Assembly: GCF_027359575.1 (NCBI RefSeq)
Contig: NZ_CP114784.1
Coordinates: 719,819 to 743,818 of the forward strand
Direction: 5' to 3'
Source: Prochlorococcus marinus str. MIT 0917
Lineage (GTDB): Bacteria > Cyanobacteriota > Cyanobacteriia > PCC-6307 > Cyanobiaceae
DNA length: 24,000 nt
Every line of letters starts with the position of its first letter. Within the stretch, counting starts at the first letter, position 1. The position numbers were made by a program, and so were the translations under genes. The notes under the pieces were generated by a model. That model was not told the origin of the DNA. It saw only the letters and a list, made by a program, of their open reading frames with translations, and ran no database searches. Positions 14,012 to 23,202 of this stretch are shown here, in pieces.

Positions 14012-15121
14012 TTAATCTTGAAAGTCTGCAGAGATTTGTTTATTTAAGCCTTTATCAAGCCAATTCTCCACTAGTTCTGCAAAGACTTTATTAGTTGCTT
14101 TCTTTTCAAACCAATCCCTACAATTTTTTCTTTTGATTTCTGAGATTGATTTTGTTGCTTTTATCAATCCTTCAATATCATTAGGCTTAACCAAAAAACC
14201 ATTCAATCCATTTTCGATCAATTCCCCAGGTCCTCCAAGATCATATGCGATTACTGGGACGCCACAAGCCATCGCTTCAACAATAACGTTACCGTAAGCT
14301 TCATTCCATTTAGGGGTGTTTATCAACACTCTACATCGTCCTAATTGTTCCTGAAATTTATTCGTTGGAAGAAATCCTTTCCACTCAATAATTTCTTTTG
14401 TATAAATATTTTCGATTTTTGATGCATATTCTTTATCTTCTATAAGTCCCCAAACTAATAATTTTTCTCCTAAAGAATTAGCAACTTTTACTGCATCTTC
14501 TAAACCTTTTTCTGGCGCGATTCTTCCAGCCCAACCTAATGGTCCATTCTCATTTTCATTGAATAAATAATTTTCGATATCAAAACCGTTGCCAACAATA
14601 ATTGGATCATTTTTTAAACAATAATCTTTAGATTGTCTTTTAGTATGAAAAGCCAACTGAAATGGATATAATTCACTTATCTCACTAATAATTTCTTTCA
14701 TTATTAGTGATTCAGCGCCCATACTAATTAAGTGAAATATCTTAATTGTTTGAGTTTTTGTTAACCATAATGGAAGCCAATCATATGCAAAATTAATAAC
14801 AGCGTCGTATTCATTTGCTATATATATTGCTTCTTCCCATAACCTTGGCAAAACACTATTAGAGGGAATTAAGATTGGATCTGTTTCCTTCTGATGTTGC
14901 CAACTAGGTTGATCAATTCCATCTATTAATCTTATTTCAAGCAATTCACTTTCAAAAGGTAACTTTGATCCTTTTGGTGCAATTAAAATAATTTTATGAC
15001 CTAATGAAATTAAGCCTTTTATGAGAGAAATAATAGTAATTTCAACTCCTCCTCCTTTTCCACTGCCCAAACAACCAATAGGTGTGCTTACAAGAATAAG
15101 TTTTAATTGCTTATTAATCAC
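14012..15121 (-). CDS. glycosyltransferase, GT-B fold, family 4 (group 1), GTG start
   Basis: The C-terminal domain has the E-x7-E region (EAYGNVIVEAMACGVPVIAYDLGGPGELIENGLNGFL). The N-terminus has the Gly-rich loop GSGKGGGVE. Confidence 0.9.
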   Translation of the reverse strand: MINKQLKLILVSTPIGCLGSGKGGGVEITIISLIKGLISLGHKIILIAPKGSKLPFESELLEIRLIDGIDQPSWQHQKETDPILIPSNSVLPRLWEEAIYIANEYDAVINFAYDWLPLWLTKTQTIKIFHLISMGAESLIMKEIISEISELYPFQLAFHTKRQSKDYCLKNDPIIVGNGFDIENYLFNENENGPLGWAGRIAPEKGLEDAVKVANSLGEKLLVWGLIEDKEYASKIENIYTKEIIEWKGFLPTNKFQEQLGRCRVLINTPKWNEAYGNVIVEAMACGVPVIAYDLGGPGELIENGLNGFLVKPNDIEGLIKATKSISEIKRKNCRDWFEKKATNKVFAELVENWLDKGLNKQISADFQD

Positions 15122-15126
15122 TTAAA

Positions 15127-16092
15127 TTAAACCTCTTTTATTAATTCATTATTGCTTTTATCTCCCCAAAATCTTCTCCTTTGACTAACAAATAGTACTG
15201 AAATTAAAACCAAAACCACTCCAATCCACTGAAGGAGGAAGAGTCTCTCACCCAACCATATTCCGCCAGTTATCAAGGCGAATACAGGTGTTAAAAAGGC
15301 AAGGGTACTGAAGCTTGTTAATTCTTTGCGGCTTGCAAACCAAAAAAATAATCCATAGGCCAATGCACTACCAAACAAACTTGAATAAGACATCAAAGTC
15401 CATTCAAAAGGAGACCACTCTGGAACTAACGGCCAATTTTTATCAAACACATGCCACACGAGAAGAGGAACACTTCCTAAAACCATGTGCCAACCTGTTA
15501 CAGCAACAGGATCACTATTTCTGCAAGCAAATCGAATAAGCACTGTTCCTAAAGCCATCGAGGTTGCTGCGCATATCATCCATACTTCCCCATGGCTTAA
15601 AAAATTACTTCCTGATTCAAATTTGCCCAGCAAAAACCAATTCCCTAGCAACTCAGTAGGGACTCCAAGACAAATTATGCCAACCAAGCCAAGCACCAAT
15701 CCAAGCCATCCAATTGGATTTATTGCATCCCCAAACAAAATTCTTGCTAACAAAGCAACCATTAAAGGTTGGGAATCGATAAGAACAGATCCCAATCCTG
15801 CGCCCGTTTCCATTAAACCTTTAGCCAAAAAAATCTGAAAAAGAGTTGCGTCAATCAAAGTAAATACTAAAAACCACACCAAGTCATCTTTCGAAATATT
15901 CCAACTCCTTTTCAAGAAAGGGACTGAAGCTAAAACTACTAGACCTGCAGGCAAAAGCCTTAGTGAGGCTACAATCTCAGGTCCTGCTGCATTAACCAAA
16001 GGTGCCATAGCCGCCATTGATGTACCCCAAAGAGCGAACGGCAAAATCATCAAAAACCAATTCCAAATGACAAACATAAGGTCAGAAAGCAA
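15127..16092 (-). CDS. EamA/DMT-superfamily transporter (321 aa, ~10 TM)
   Basis: Two internally repeated 5-TM halves are typical of EamA domains. It ends 5 nt upstream of the GT4 gene. Confidence 0.85.
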   Translation of the reverse strand: MLSDLMFVIWNWFLMILPFALWGTSMAAMAPLVNAAGPEIVASLRLLPAGLVVLASVPFLKRSWNISKDDLVWFLVFTLIDATLFQIFLAKGLMETGAGLGSVLIDSQPLMVALLARILFGDAINPIGWLGLVLGLVGIICLGVPTELLGNWFLLGKFESGSNFLSHGEVWMICAATSMALGTVLIRFACRNSDPVAVTGWHMVLGSVPLLVWHVFDKNWPLVPEWSPFEWTLMSYSSLFGSALAYGLFFWFASRKELTSFSTLAFLTPVFALITGGIWLGERLFLLQWIGVVLVLISVLFVSQRRRFWGDKSNNELIKEV

Positions 16093-16130
16093 TCTCCTTT
16101 TTAAGATCTATAAAGTTATGCATAATTTGA

Positions 16131-16940
16131 ATGATTTGGCCCTTGAGACGAAAATCCAAAAAAAGGATGGCACGAATCTGTATTGAAGGTCCTATCAATT
16201 CAGAAACTCGAAAAAATGTTCTAAAAGCATTAAAGCAAATTGAGGAAAGAGAGTTTCCAGCCTTATTACTTCGCATTGATAGCCCTGGGGGAACAGTTGG
16301 TGATAGCCAAGAAATCCACAGCGCTCTCTTAAGGCTAAGAGATAAAGGTTGTCATGTTGTCGCTAGTTTTGGCAATATCTCAGCCTCAGGGGGGGTCTAT
16401 ATAGGCGTAGGTGCTGAAAAAATTGTTGCCAATCCAGGGACAATAACAGGTTCTATTGGTGTGATTTTAAGAGGTAACAACCTGTCTAAGTTATTAGAAA
16501 AGGTTGGTATTAAATTTGAGACCGTAAAAAGTGGAATTTATAAAGACATTCTTTCCCCCGATCGCTCTTTATCGTCGGAAGAGAGAGCACTCTTACAATC
16601 TTTGATTGATAGCAGTTACGAACAATTTGTTTTGGCAGTTTCAAAAGGAAGAAATTTAACCCCAGAAGTTGTTAAGAGTTTTGCCGATGGAAGAGTTTTT
16701 ACTGGAGAGCAAGCCAAAGAATTTGGACTAGTGGATGAAATTGGTGATGAAAATGATGCAAAATTACTTGCTATAAAAATTGCGAACCTAGATGAAAAAA
16801 CGAAACCAATTACCTTTGGCAAAACCAAAAAGAAATTATTAGGTTTTTTACCTGGAGGGAAATTAATTCAAAATATTTTAAATGCATTAAACCTAGAGTT
16901 GGAGGGGAATGGACAAATCCTTTGGCTATATAAGCCATGA
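16131..16940 (+). CDS. sppA: signal peptide peptidase SppA, 36K type (the start could be the internal ATG at 16167)
   Basis: LLRIDSPGGTV ... FGNISASGGVYIG (catalytic Ser region) ... GSIGV ... GRVFTGEQA are hallmarks of the S49 peptidase family. Confidence 0.9.
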   Translation: MIWPLRRKSKKRMARICIEGPINSETRKNVLKALKQIEEREFPALLLRIDSPGGTVGDSQEIHSALLRLRDKGCHVVASFGNISASGGVYIGVGAEKIVANPGTITGSIGVILRGNNLSKLLEKVGIKFETVKSGIYKDILSPDRSLSSEERALLQSLIDSSYEQFVLAVSKGRNLTPEVVKSFADGRVFTGEQAKEFGLVDEIGDENDAKLLAIKIANLDEKTKPITFGKTKKKLLGFLPGGKLIQNILNALNLELEGNGQILWLYKP

Positions 16941-17314
16941 ATTTTTCAAATGAATTCACTTGCCTGTGTGCATTGAGGGGAGCAACGACTTGTGAAAATA
17001 ATTCTGTTGATTCAATTACTTCGGCTGTAGAGGAATTGCTAATTGAATTAGTTTCTAGAAATAATTTGATCCCAGATCAAATTATTTCTGTTACTTTCTC
17101 CGTAACTTCAGACTTGGATGCTTGTTTCCCCGCTTCTATCGCTAGAAAAAAAACAGGCTGGGAAAAAATCGCACTTTTAGACTGTCAGCAGATGTTTGTG
17201 AAAGACGACCTATCTAAATGTATTCGGCTACTTGCTTACGTTTATTTACCTAACGAGCAAATGCCCAAAAATCCCTATCTTGGTAAAGCAAAAAATTTAC
17301 GTCCTGACCGCTAA
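16937..17314 (+). CDS. aroH: chorismate mutase, AroH class
   Basis: ALRGATTCENN (RGATT motif), SVTSDLDACFPA and CIRLLAYV align with the Bacillus AroH-type monofunctional chorismate mutase. There is an ATGA overlap with the sppA stop. Confidence 0.9.
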   Translation: MNFSNEFTCLCALRGATTCENNSVDSITSAVEELLIELVSRNNLIPDQIISVTFSVTSDLDACFPASIARKKTGWEKIALLDCQQMFVKDDLSKCIRLLAYVYLPNEQMPKNPYLGKAKNLRPDR

Positions 17315-17366
17315 ATCCAGATTTTTTTCCAATAACAGCTTATATTCATTCAAGCTCATGCAAATA

Positions 17367-17386
17367 CACTTGAAAATATTCAAGTG
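17367..17386 (+). terminator. hairpin downstream of aroH (weak terminator candidate)
   Basis: A perfect 8-bp stem, cacttgaa with ttcaagtg, has an aata loop. It is followed by attaatattt, which is only a weak U-tract. Confidence 0.35.
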
Positions 17387-17412
17387 ATTAATATTTCTGA
17401 AAACTTCAAGTT

Positions 17413-17988
17413 ATGTTCAAGAAGAAATTATTATCAACCTTTAAGAAAAGTTTTTTTATTGGATTTTCAGCTTTTTTATTTGGAACAGGGGCTTCCATTT
17501 TAGCTCCACAATCTTTTGCATCCCCAGGGTTCTTTGAATACCAATGGGATCCTGAGCCTGGATATAAAAGACTTAAATATTATCAATCCTCCTCTGAAAG
17601 AAATGAAAGATCGACTTATTACTTCTTCCTTAGAGGTAAGGAAAGAAAAGAAGATATTGAAAAACTGACGATTGCAGTGCCTGATTACTTTGAAGCAAAA
17701 ATCAAGACAAAAAAATTAAACCTCTGCAAAGTAAAAGTTGGCGGATATACCGAAAGGACTCGTTGCCTAGAAAACATCCCTTCTTTAATTAGAGTTAATG
17801 ATAAACAAACTATTATTGAAATCCTCCCAGAGAAACCAATACCAAATAATAAAGATAATTACGCGGTAGTAATGAAAATCTTCAATCCTAGAAAAAGAGG
17901 TATGTTTCAATTTCAAGCGCTGTCCCAAAAAGGTGGAGACATGCTTATCTCAACATATTTAGGGACTTGGAACATAGACGTACAGTGA
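17413..17988 (+). CDS. secreted hypothetical protein (191 aa)
   Basis: It has a Sec-type signal peptide (MFKKKLLSTFKKSFFIGFSAFLFGTGASILAPQSFA/SP). The mature part is soluble and beta-rich in appearance. It may belong to a cyanobacteria-restricted DUF, which I did not verify. Confidence 0.75.
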   Translation: MFKKKLLSTFKKSFFIGFSAFLFGTGASILAPQSFASPGFFEYQWDPEPGYKRLKYYQSSSERNERSTYYFFLRGKERKEDIEKLTIAVPDYFEAKIKTKKLNLCKVKVGGYTERTRCLENIPSLIRVNDKQTIIEILPEKPIPNNKDNYAVVMKIFNPRKRGMFQFQALSQKGGDMLISTYLGTWNIDVQ

Positions 17989-18036
17989 ACTGATAAATTA
18001 ACCTTCATATCTAATCCAATACGAGAATAAATAAAA

Positions 18037-18174
18037 ATGACAAAAAGAACTTTTGGAGGAACTAGTAGAAAAAGGAAAAGAGTTTCTGGTTTCAGAGTGA
18101 GAATGAGATCTCATACTGGGAGAAGAGTAGTAAGAACTCGTAGAAAACGTGGAAGGGCTCGTTTAACTGTATAA
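18037..18174 (+). CDS. rpmH: 50S ribosomal protein L34 (45 aa), not in ORF track
   Basis: Hand translation: [45 protein letters not shown]. This is the canonical L34 sequence, in the canonical position upstream of rnpA. Confidence 0.95.
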   Translation: MTKRTFGGTSRKRKRVSGFRVRMRSHTGRRVVRTRRKRGRARLTV

Positions 18175-18219
18175 AAAAGACTTTCAAGTAAAGATACTTA
18201 ACAACAAAAGTTTCTTCTA

Positions 18220-18606
18220 ATGGTTTTGCCAAAACATATGAGACTCAAAGGTCATAAATGTTTTGACTTCATCTATAAGGAAGGCTCGAGGTTCTACGGT
18301 CCTTCAATGATTCTTAGAGTTACGTACGCAAATACAAAGCTTCAAGTCAAAGGAATCAACTCAAAGATCAGGCCTACGATAAAATGTGCAATATCAATAA
18401 GTAATAAAGTAAGCAAAAAATCAGTTATAAGAAATAAGCTTCGACGGTTATTCCACCAACATTTATCATACAGACTTTCTAAAATGGTTTTTGACAGAGA
18501 ATTATGGGCTTTTATTTCCTTAAAGCCCTCTTGCATGAAAGATTCCGAGAGCAATCTGCTTAAAGAATGTGACAAACTGCTAATCAAGGCTGGAATAACA
18601 AAATGA
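18220..18606 (+). CDS. rnpA: ribonuclease P protein component
   Basis: The N-terminus LPKHMRLKGHKCFDFIYKEG matches the RnpA pattern, and the RNR-like basic motif is present (KKSVIRNKLRR). It follows rpmH. Confidence 0.9.
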   Translation: MVLPKHMRLKGHKCFDFIYKEGSRFYGPSMILRVTYANTKLQVKGINSKIRPTIKCAISISNKVSKKSVIRNKLRRLFHQHLSYRLSKMVFDRELWAFISLKPSCMKDSESNLLKECDKLLIKAGITK

Positions 18607-19013
18607 CAATTAGCCCCAATGAAGACATTTTTTACGAAGGCGGTCCTGCCCGCGGTGACCTAATAATAAATTTGATGGCTGGGATAACACTTATAGGTTT
18701 ACCTTTTACTTTCGGGGCCTTGGTTAGAGCCTTGTGGGTTAGATACAAAATAACGACTCGTAGAATATCCGTTACTGGTGGCTGGCTAGGGAGGGATAAG
18801 ACCCAAGTTGTGTATAGTCAAATTGCTGATATCAGGTCTATACCAAGAGGTCTGGGATCTTATGGAGATATGGTGCTAGTCCTTAAAGATGGTGCCCGAC
18901 TCGAAATGAGATCGCTTCCAAACTTTCGAGAAACAGAATCTTTCATTCTTGAAAAAATAGAAAAATCAGCTTCCAATATGCCCGATAAAGATGTTCAGGG
19001 TTTTTCAAACTAA
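18603..19013 (+). CDS. membrane protein with bacterial PH domain (bPH_2/YdbS-like), 136 aa
   Basis: A TM hairpin (LIINLMAGITLIGLPFTFGALVRALWV) is followed by YKITTRRISVTGGWLGRDKTQVVYSQIADIRSIPRGLGSYGDMVLVLKDG, typical of bPH_2. The ATGA overlaps the rnpA stop. Confidence 0.85.
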   Translation: MTISPNEDIFYEGGPARGDLIINLMAGITLIGLPFTFGALVRALWVRYKITTRRISVTGGWLGRDKTQVVYSQIADIRSIPRGLGSYGDMVLVLKDGARLEMRSLPNFRETESFILEKIEKSASNMPDKDVQGFSN

Positions 19014-19096
19014 TGAGCCATTAAATATATGTGAGACAAGAACACATCTTCTAAGGCAAACTGGCCTAACAACCTCAAACTTTCTACCTTAAAACC

Positions 19097-20245
19097 GTGA
19101 TCGGGTACATCTCCGACAATCTACTTATCCCGATCCTAGATTTTTTCTACGGATTAGTTCCAAGTTATGGACTAGCGATTGTCGCATTAACCATAGTTAT
19201 TCGCTTAGCACTTTTCCCTCTTAGCGCGGGCTCAATTAGAAGTGCAAGAAGAATGAAGATAGCTCAACCTGTAATGCAAAAAAGACAGGCTGAGATCAAA
19301 AGCCGCTACGCAAGTAATCCTCAAAAACAACAGGAAGAATTAGGGAAATTAATGGGTGAATTCGGCAGCCCATTAGCTGGGTGTCTTCCTCTTCTTGTCC
19401 AAATGCCAATTTTATTTGCGCTATTTGCAACTTTGCGAGGTTCACCTTTTGCTGATGTACCTTATCTTGTCAATATTAAAGTTCTGCCATCAGACCAAAT
19501 AGCAGCCGTTGAGCCCAAACCTTTCAAGACAGCCAAACATTCAATATTTATAACTGAAAAAAATCATTTCCCTGTTATCGCATCTCTTCCAGGCGGCACA
19601 AAAATCGGCTCAGGTGATTCCGTTAAAATTAATTTGCAAACTTTGAGTGGAAATTCATATGTCAACGAATTACAGAAATATGAAAATGGATCTAAGTTTT
19701 CACCTTCTTGGAAAGTAACTAAAGGAGAAGACATTGTAAAAGTATCCTCTGATGGAACTGTAAATGCTCTTAATACTGGTGATGCGACTGTAGAAGCGAA
19801 GATCCCTGGTTTAGCTGCTAAAAGCGGCTTCTTGTTTATAAAAGCATTAGGGAATGTTGGTTTTTATGTAGACGGAGCAATTCATTGGGATATTGCCATT
19901 CTGGTGGCAGGTTTCGGCTTAACACTTGTCATTTCTCAGGTGCTCTCTGGAAGAGGAATGCCAGTAAACAAACAACAATCAACTGCAAATAAAATCACGC
20001 CGGTAATGATTACTGGAATGTTTTTATTCTTTCCTTTGCCTGCTGGTGTATTGCTTTATATGGTCATTGCAAATATTTTTCAAGGATTACAAACATTTCT
20101 GCTTAGTAGAGAAGCATTACCAGACAATTTACAAAAAATACTAGACGATCAACTTAATCAGCAAGATAAACCCTCTATTTCAGTTGCCTCAGAAGTAGTA
20201 GGTGATTCAGATAGATTACCCTTTGAACCAAAAAGTAATAAATAA
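19097..20245 (+). CDS. yidC: membrane protein insertase YidC/Alb3 family (382 aa, GTG start)
   Basis: The family core is present: [15 protein letters not shown], an amphipathic [34 protein letters not shown], and [24 protein letters not shown]. Confidence 0.95.
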   Translation: MIGYISDNLLIPILDFFYGLVPSYGLAIVALTIVIRLALFPLSAGSIRSARRMKIAQPVMQKRQAEIKSRYASNPQKQQEELGKLMGEFGSPLAGCLPLLVQMPILFALFATLRGSPFADVPYLVNIKVLPSDQIAAVEPKPFKTAKHSIFITEKNHFPVIASLPGGTKIGSGDSVKINLQTLSGNSYVNELQKYENGSKFSPSWKVTKGEDIVKVSSDGTVNALNTGDATVEAKIPGLAAKSGFLFIKALGNVGFYVDGAIHWDIAILVAGFGLTLVISQVLSGRGMPVNKQQSTANKITPVMITGMFLFFPLPAGVLLYMVIANIFQGLQTFLLSREALPDNLQKILDDQLNQQDKPSISVASEVVGDSDRLPFEPKSNK

Positions 20246-20302
20246 TTTTATGAGGAACTTATTATTTAAATTCAGCCTAAGATAGAACCAAATCAATAAC
20301 TG

Positions 20303-21781
20303 ATGTCTAATTGGGACGAACAACTTGATCTACTAATTCGAGCGAGAACTCCTATTATTTGGATAAGAACTAATGAAGAAGAAAGGGTTGAAACCCTTTT
20401 AAAAAACGCTACTAAAAGGCTTGCTCCAAGAAGACTTGCGATATGGAATTACATAGATGGAATTAGTAATGTTCTTAATTCCAATAATGTTGGCTCTAGG
20501 CAGCCAATGGCAATTCTTGAATGGCTTAAAAAACTGGATGAAAGTTCCCCAACTATTCTTCTTTTAAAAGATTTTCATCATTTCTGTGAAGATCCAAGCA
20601 TTCTAAGGATGCTAAAAAATTTAACTATTAATCTTCGCTCAAAGCCTCATTCAATAATTATCAGTTCTGGCTTATGGAGCCCCTCAAATGATTTAGAAGA
20701 GGATCTAACTATTCTTGATCTTCCTCTGCCCAATAATAATGAAATAAAGGCACTCTTATCAAATATAGCTGAAGCTAGTAATTCTCAATTAGACGAAAAA
20801 GTTCTAAAGGAACTTACAAATGCATGTGGTGGCCTTAGTGAATCAAGGATCCGTAAAGTAGCCGCTAGAGCTCTTGCGCAAAGAGGTAAAATTGGTAAAG
20901 AAGATTTAATAGAAGTACTGGAAGAGAAACGCCAATCTATTGCTCGTAGCGAAGTACTGGAATATTGCAAAACAAATAAGTCACCAAACGATGTTGGTGG
21001 TTTACAAATATTGAAAGATTGGTTGAAGCAAAGGAAACAAGCCTTCTCCGAAGAGGCAAAAGATTTTGGATTGCCTTTACCCAAAGGGGTTTTATTAGTT
21101 GGCCCTCAAGGAACGGGAAAAACTCTCATAGCAAAAGCAATTGCAAATAGCTGGTCTATGCCATTGTTAAGACTTGATGTAGGGAGATTATTTGCTGGCT
21201 TAGTAGGAGCAAGTGAAGCACGCACAAGAGAAACTATTCAGAGAGCTGAAGCTATGGCCCCTTGCATTTTATGGATTGACGAAATTGACAAAGCTTTTGG
21301 AGGAGATGGTAGAAGTGACGGAGGAACAAGTCAAAGAGTGCTTGCAAATATTCTCACGTGGATGTCAGAAAAAACTTCATCAGTTTTTCTTGTAGCCACT
21401 GCGAATGGAATAGATAAGCTTCCTGCGGAGCTACTGAGGAAAGGAAGATTTGATGAAATTTTCATGTTGGAGTTACCCTCTAGAAATGAAAGACATAGCA
21501 TTCTTGAACTTCATCTTCAAAAAAGAAGACCTAATTTAAAAATTGATTTAAATGCTGCTTTAGATAGAACAGAGGGATTCTCTGGGGCAGAATTAGAACA
21601 ATCAGTCATAGAGGCTATGTACTTTGCATTTGCAGAAAAAAGAGAACTTCTTGAAGGTGATTTAATTCTCGCTACAAGTCAACTAGTTCCTCTTTCTAGA
21701 ACTGCAAAAGAACAACTTGAATCTCTAAGACAATGGGCCTCTAGTGGAAGAGCAAGAGCTTCATCTCCAAAACTTTTTTAG
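20303..21781 (+). CDS. AAA+ ATPase, Ycf46-like (492 aa)
   Basis: Walker A is GPQGTGKT, Walker B is ILWIDEIDK, and the second region of homology is ATANGIDKLPAELLRKGRFDE. The long degenerate N-terminal domain and overall size match my recollection of cyanobacterial and plastid Ycf46. Confidence 0.85.
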   Translation: MSNWDEQLDLLIRARTPIIWIRTNEEERVETLLKNATKRLAPRRLAIWNYIDGISNVLNSNNVGSRQPMAILEWLKKLDESSPTILLLKDFHHFCEDPSILRMLKNLTINLRSKPHSIIISSGLWSPSNDLEEDLTILDLPLPNNNEIKALLSNIAEASNSQLDEKVLKELTNACGGLSESRIRKVAARALAQRGKIGKEDLIEVLEEKRQSIARSEVLEYCKTNKSPNDVGGLQILKDWLKQRKQAFSEEAKDFGLPLPKGVLLVGPQGTGKTLIAKAIANSWSMPLLRLDVGRLFAGLVGASEARTRETIQRAEAMAPCILWIDEIDKAFGGDGRSDGGTSQRVLANILTWMSEKTSSVFLVATANGIDKLPAELLRKGRFDEIFMLELPSRNERHSILELHLQKRRPNLKIDLNAALDRTEGFSGAELEQSVIEAMYFAFAEKRELLEGDLILATSQLVPLSRTAKEQLESLRQWASSGRARASSPKLF

Positions 21782-21902
21782 AATTTTCTTATAATTTTAT
21801 TTTAATTAATCAAAAAAGTTCTTGATTTAGAAGAAATTAACAAGCATGATTATTTTTAGGAACAATTAACGATTAGGCTAAAAGGAATTCAATATACAGA
21901 TA

Positions 21903-23183
21903 GTGATAGACCAGAGACTGCTAAGAGAAAATCCTAATTTAATTTCGGAAGGACTTAAATCTAGAGGAATTGATTTTGATTTAGGACCTCTTCAAAAATT
22001 ATGCAAAGAGCTTAAAGCACTTGAAGAGAAAAGAAATTCTTTACAAGCACTGGGCAATTCGATTGGTAAAGAGGTTGGCCAAAAGATCAAACAAGGTCTT
22101 TCTCAAGATTCTGATGAGATTTCAAATCTTCGCATCAAGGGCAATCAAATCAAAAAACAAGTGGGTGCTATTGAAGACGAAGAAAAATCGATTTCAAATA
22201 AATTAAACGAACAAATCCTTTGCTTGCCTAACCTTCCAGAAAAGTATTCTCTCAAAGGGAAAAACGAAAAAGATAATAAAGAAATAAGAAAATGGGGAGA
22301 ACCTATTTCAGGAAATAATTTAAAAGATCACTGGGAAATTGCCAATAAATTAAACCTCTGGGATAGTGAGAGGTCTTCAGTGATAGCAAAAAGTCGATTT
22401 GTAACCCTTTTCAAACAAGCAGCAAAACTTGAGAGATCACTTATAAATTTCATGCTTGATTTACATGTTAAGAAAGGATATTTAGAAGTTCTTCCACCAG
22501 CTCTTGTAAACACAGCTAGTCTAACTGGATCTGGACAGTTACCAAAATTCGCAGAAGAAAGTTTTAAATGTGCTGATGATGATTTATGGCTGACTCCTAC
22601 TGCTGAAGTTCCAATAACATCTCTTCATCGTGGAGAGATCATTCCTAAAGATTTGCTGCCGTTAAGATACGTTGCTTATAGCCCTTGTTTCAGAAGAGAA
22701 GCTGGAAGTTACGGAAGGGATACAAGAGGTTTAATCAGACTTCATCAATTCAATAAAGTTGAACTGTATTGGTTTACTACTCCAGAAAAATCTGAAGAGG
22801 CTTTAGAACAAATCACATATGATGCAGAATCTGTGTTGCGAGAACTCGAACTACCTTACCGAGTAATTCAACTTTGCACAGGAGACTTAGGTTTCTCCGC
22901 AAAAAAAACTTATGATTTGGAGGTTTGGCTACCAGGTGCAAATACTTTTAGAGAAATATCTAGTTGCAGTAATTGTGGAGACTTTCAAGCTAGACGTTCT
23001 TCAATACGAACAAAAGATAACAATAAAAAAAATATACTTTTGCATACCTTAAATGGAAGTGGATTAGCTATAGGTCGCACTATGGCTGCGATTTTGGAAA
23101 ACGGTCAACAATCTGATGGAAGTATCAATTTACCAAAAGCCTTAATACCTTACTTCGGTTCGAACAAATTACAGCCAGAATAA
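21903..23183 (+). CDS. serS: seryl-tRNA synthetase (GTG start)
   Basis: It has an N-terminal coiled-coil arm (MIDQRLLRENPNLI..) and the class II motifs (FRREAGSYGRDTRGLIRLHQFNKVE; GSGLAIGRTMAAILEN). Confidence 0.97.
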   Translation: MIDQRLLRENPNLISEGLKSRGIDFDLGPLQKLCKELKALEEKRNSLQALGNSIGKEVGQKIKQGLSQDSDEISNLRIKGNQIKKQVGAIEDEEKSISNKLNEQILCLPNLPEKYSLKGKNEKDNKEIRKWGEPISGNNLKDHWEIANKLNLWDSERSSVIAKSRFVTLFKQAAKLERSLINFMLDLHVKKGYLEVLPPALVNTASLTGSGQLPKFAEESFKCADDDLWLTPTAEVPITSLHRGEIIPKDLLPLRYVAYSPCFRREAGSYGRDTRGLIRLHQFNKVELYWFTTPEKSEEALEQITYDAESVLRELELPYRVIQLCTGDLGFSAKKTYDLEVWLPGANTFREISSCSNCGDFQARRSSIRTKDNNKKNILLHTLNGSGLAIGRTMAAILENGQQSDGSINLPKALIPYFGSNKLQPE

Positions 23184-23202
23184 CCCAATCAAAATCTAAT
23201 TA

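Noticed and set aside
15315-15838. Plus-strand ORFs 15315-15539 and 15485-15838
   Set aside because: They are antisense to the 10-TM EamA transporter gene.
16082-16828. Minus-strand ORFs 16082-16276 and 16616-16828
   Set aside because: They are antisense to sppA, which has clear S49 peptidase motifs.
18342-22513. Shadow ORFs 18342-18587 (-), 20785-21084 (-), 21213-21395 (+), 22021-22206 (+) and 22328-22513 (-)
   Set aside because: Each is nested in rnpA, the AAA+ ATPase gene or serS, in a different frame or on the other strand.
23150-23170. ggttcgaac, resembling a tRNA T-arm
   Set aside because: It lies inside the serS coding frame, and no acceptor or anticodon stems can be drawn around it. 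No tRNA was found anywhere in the window.
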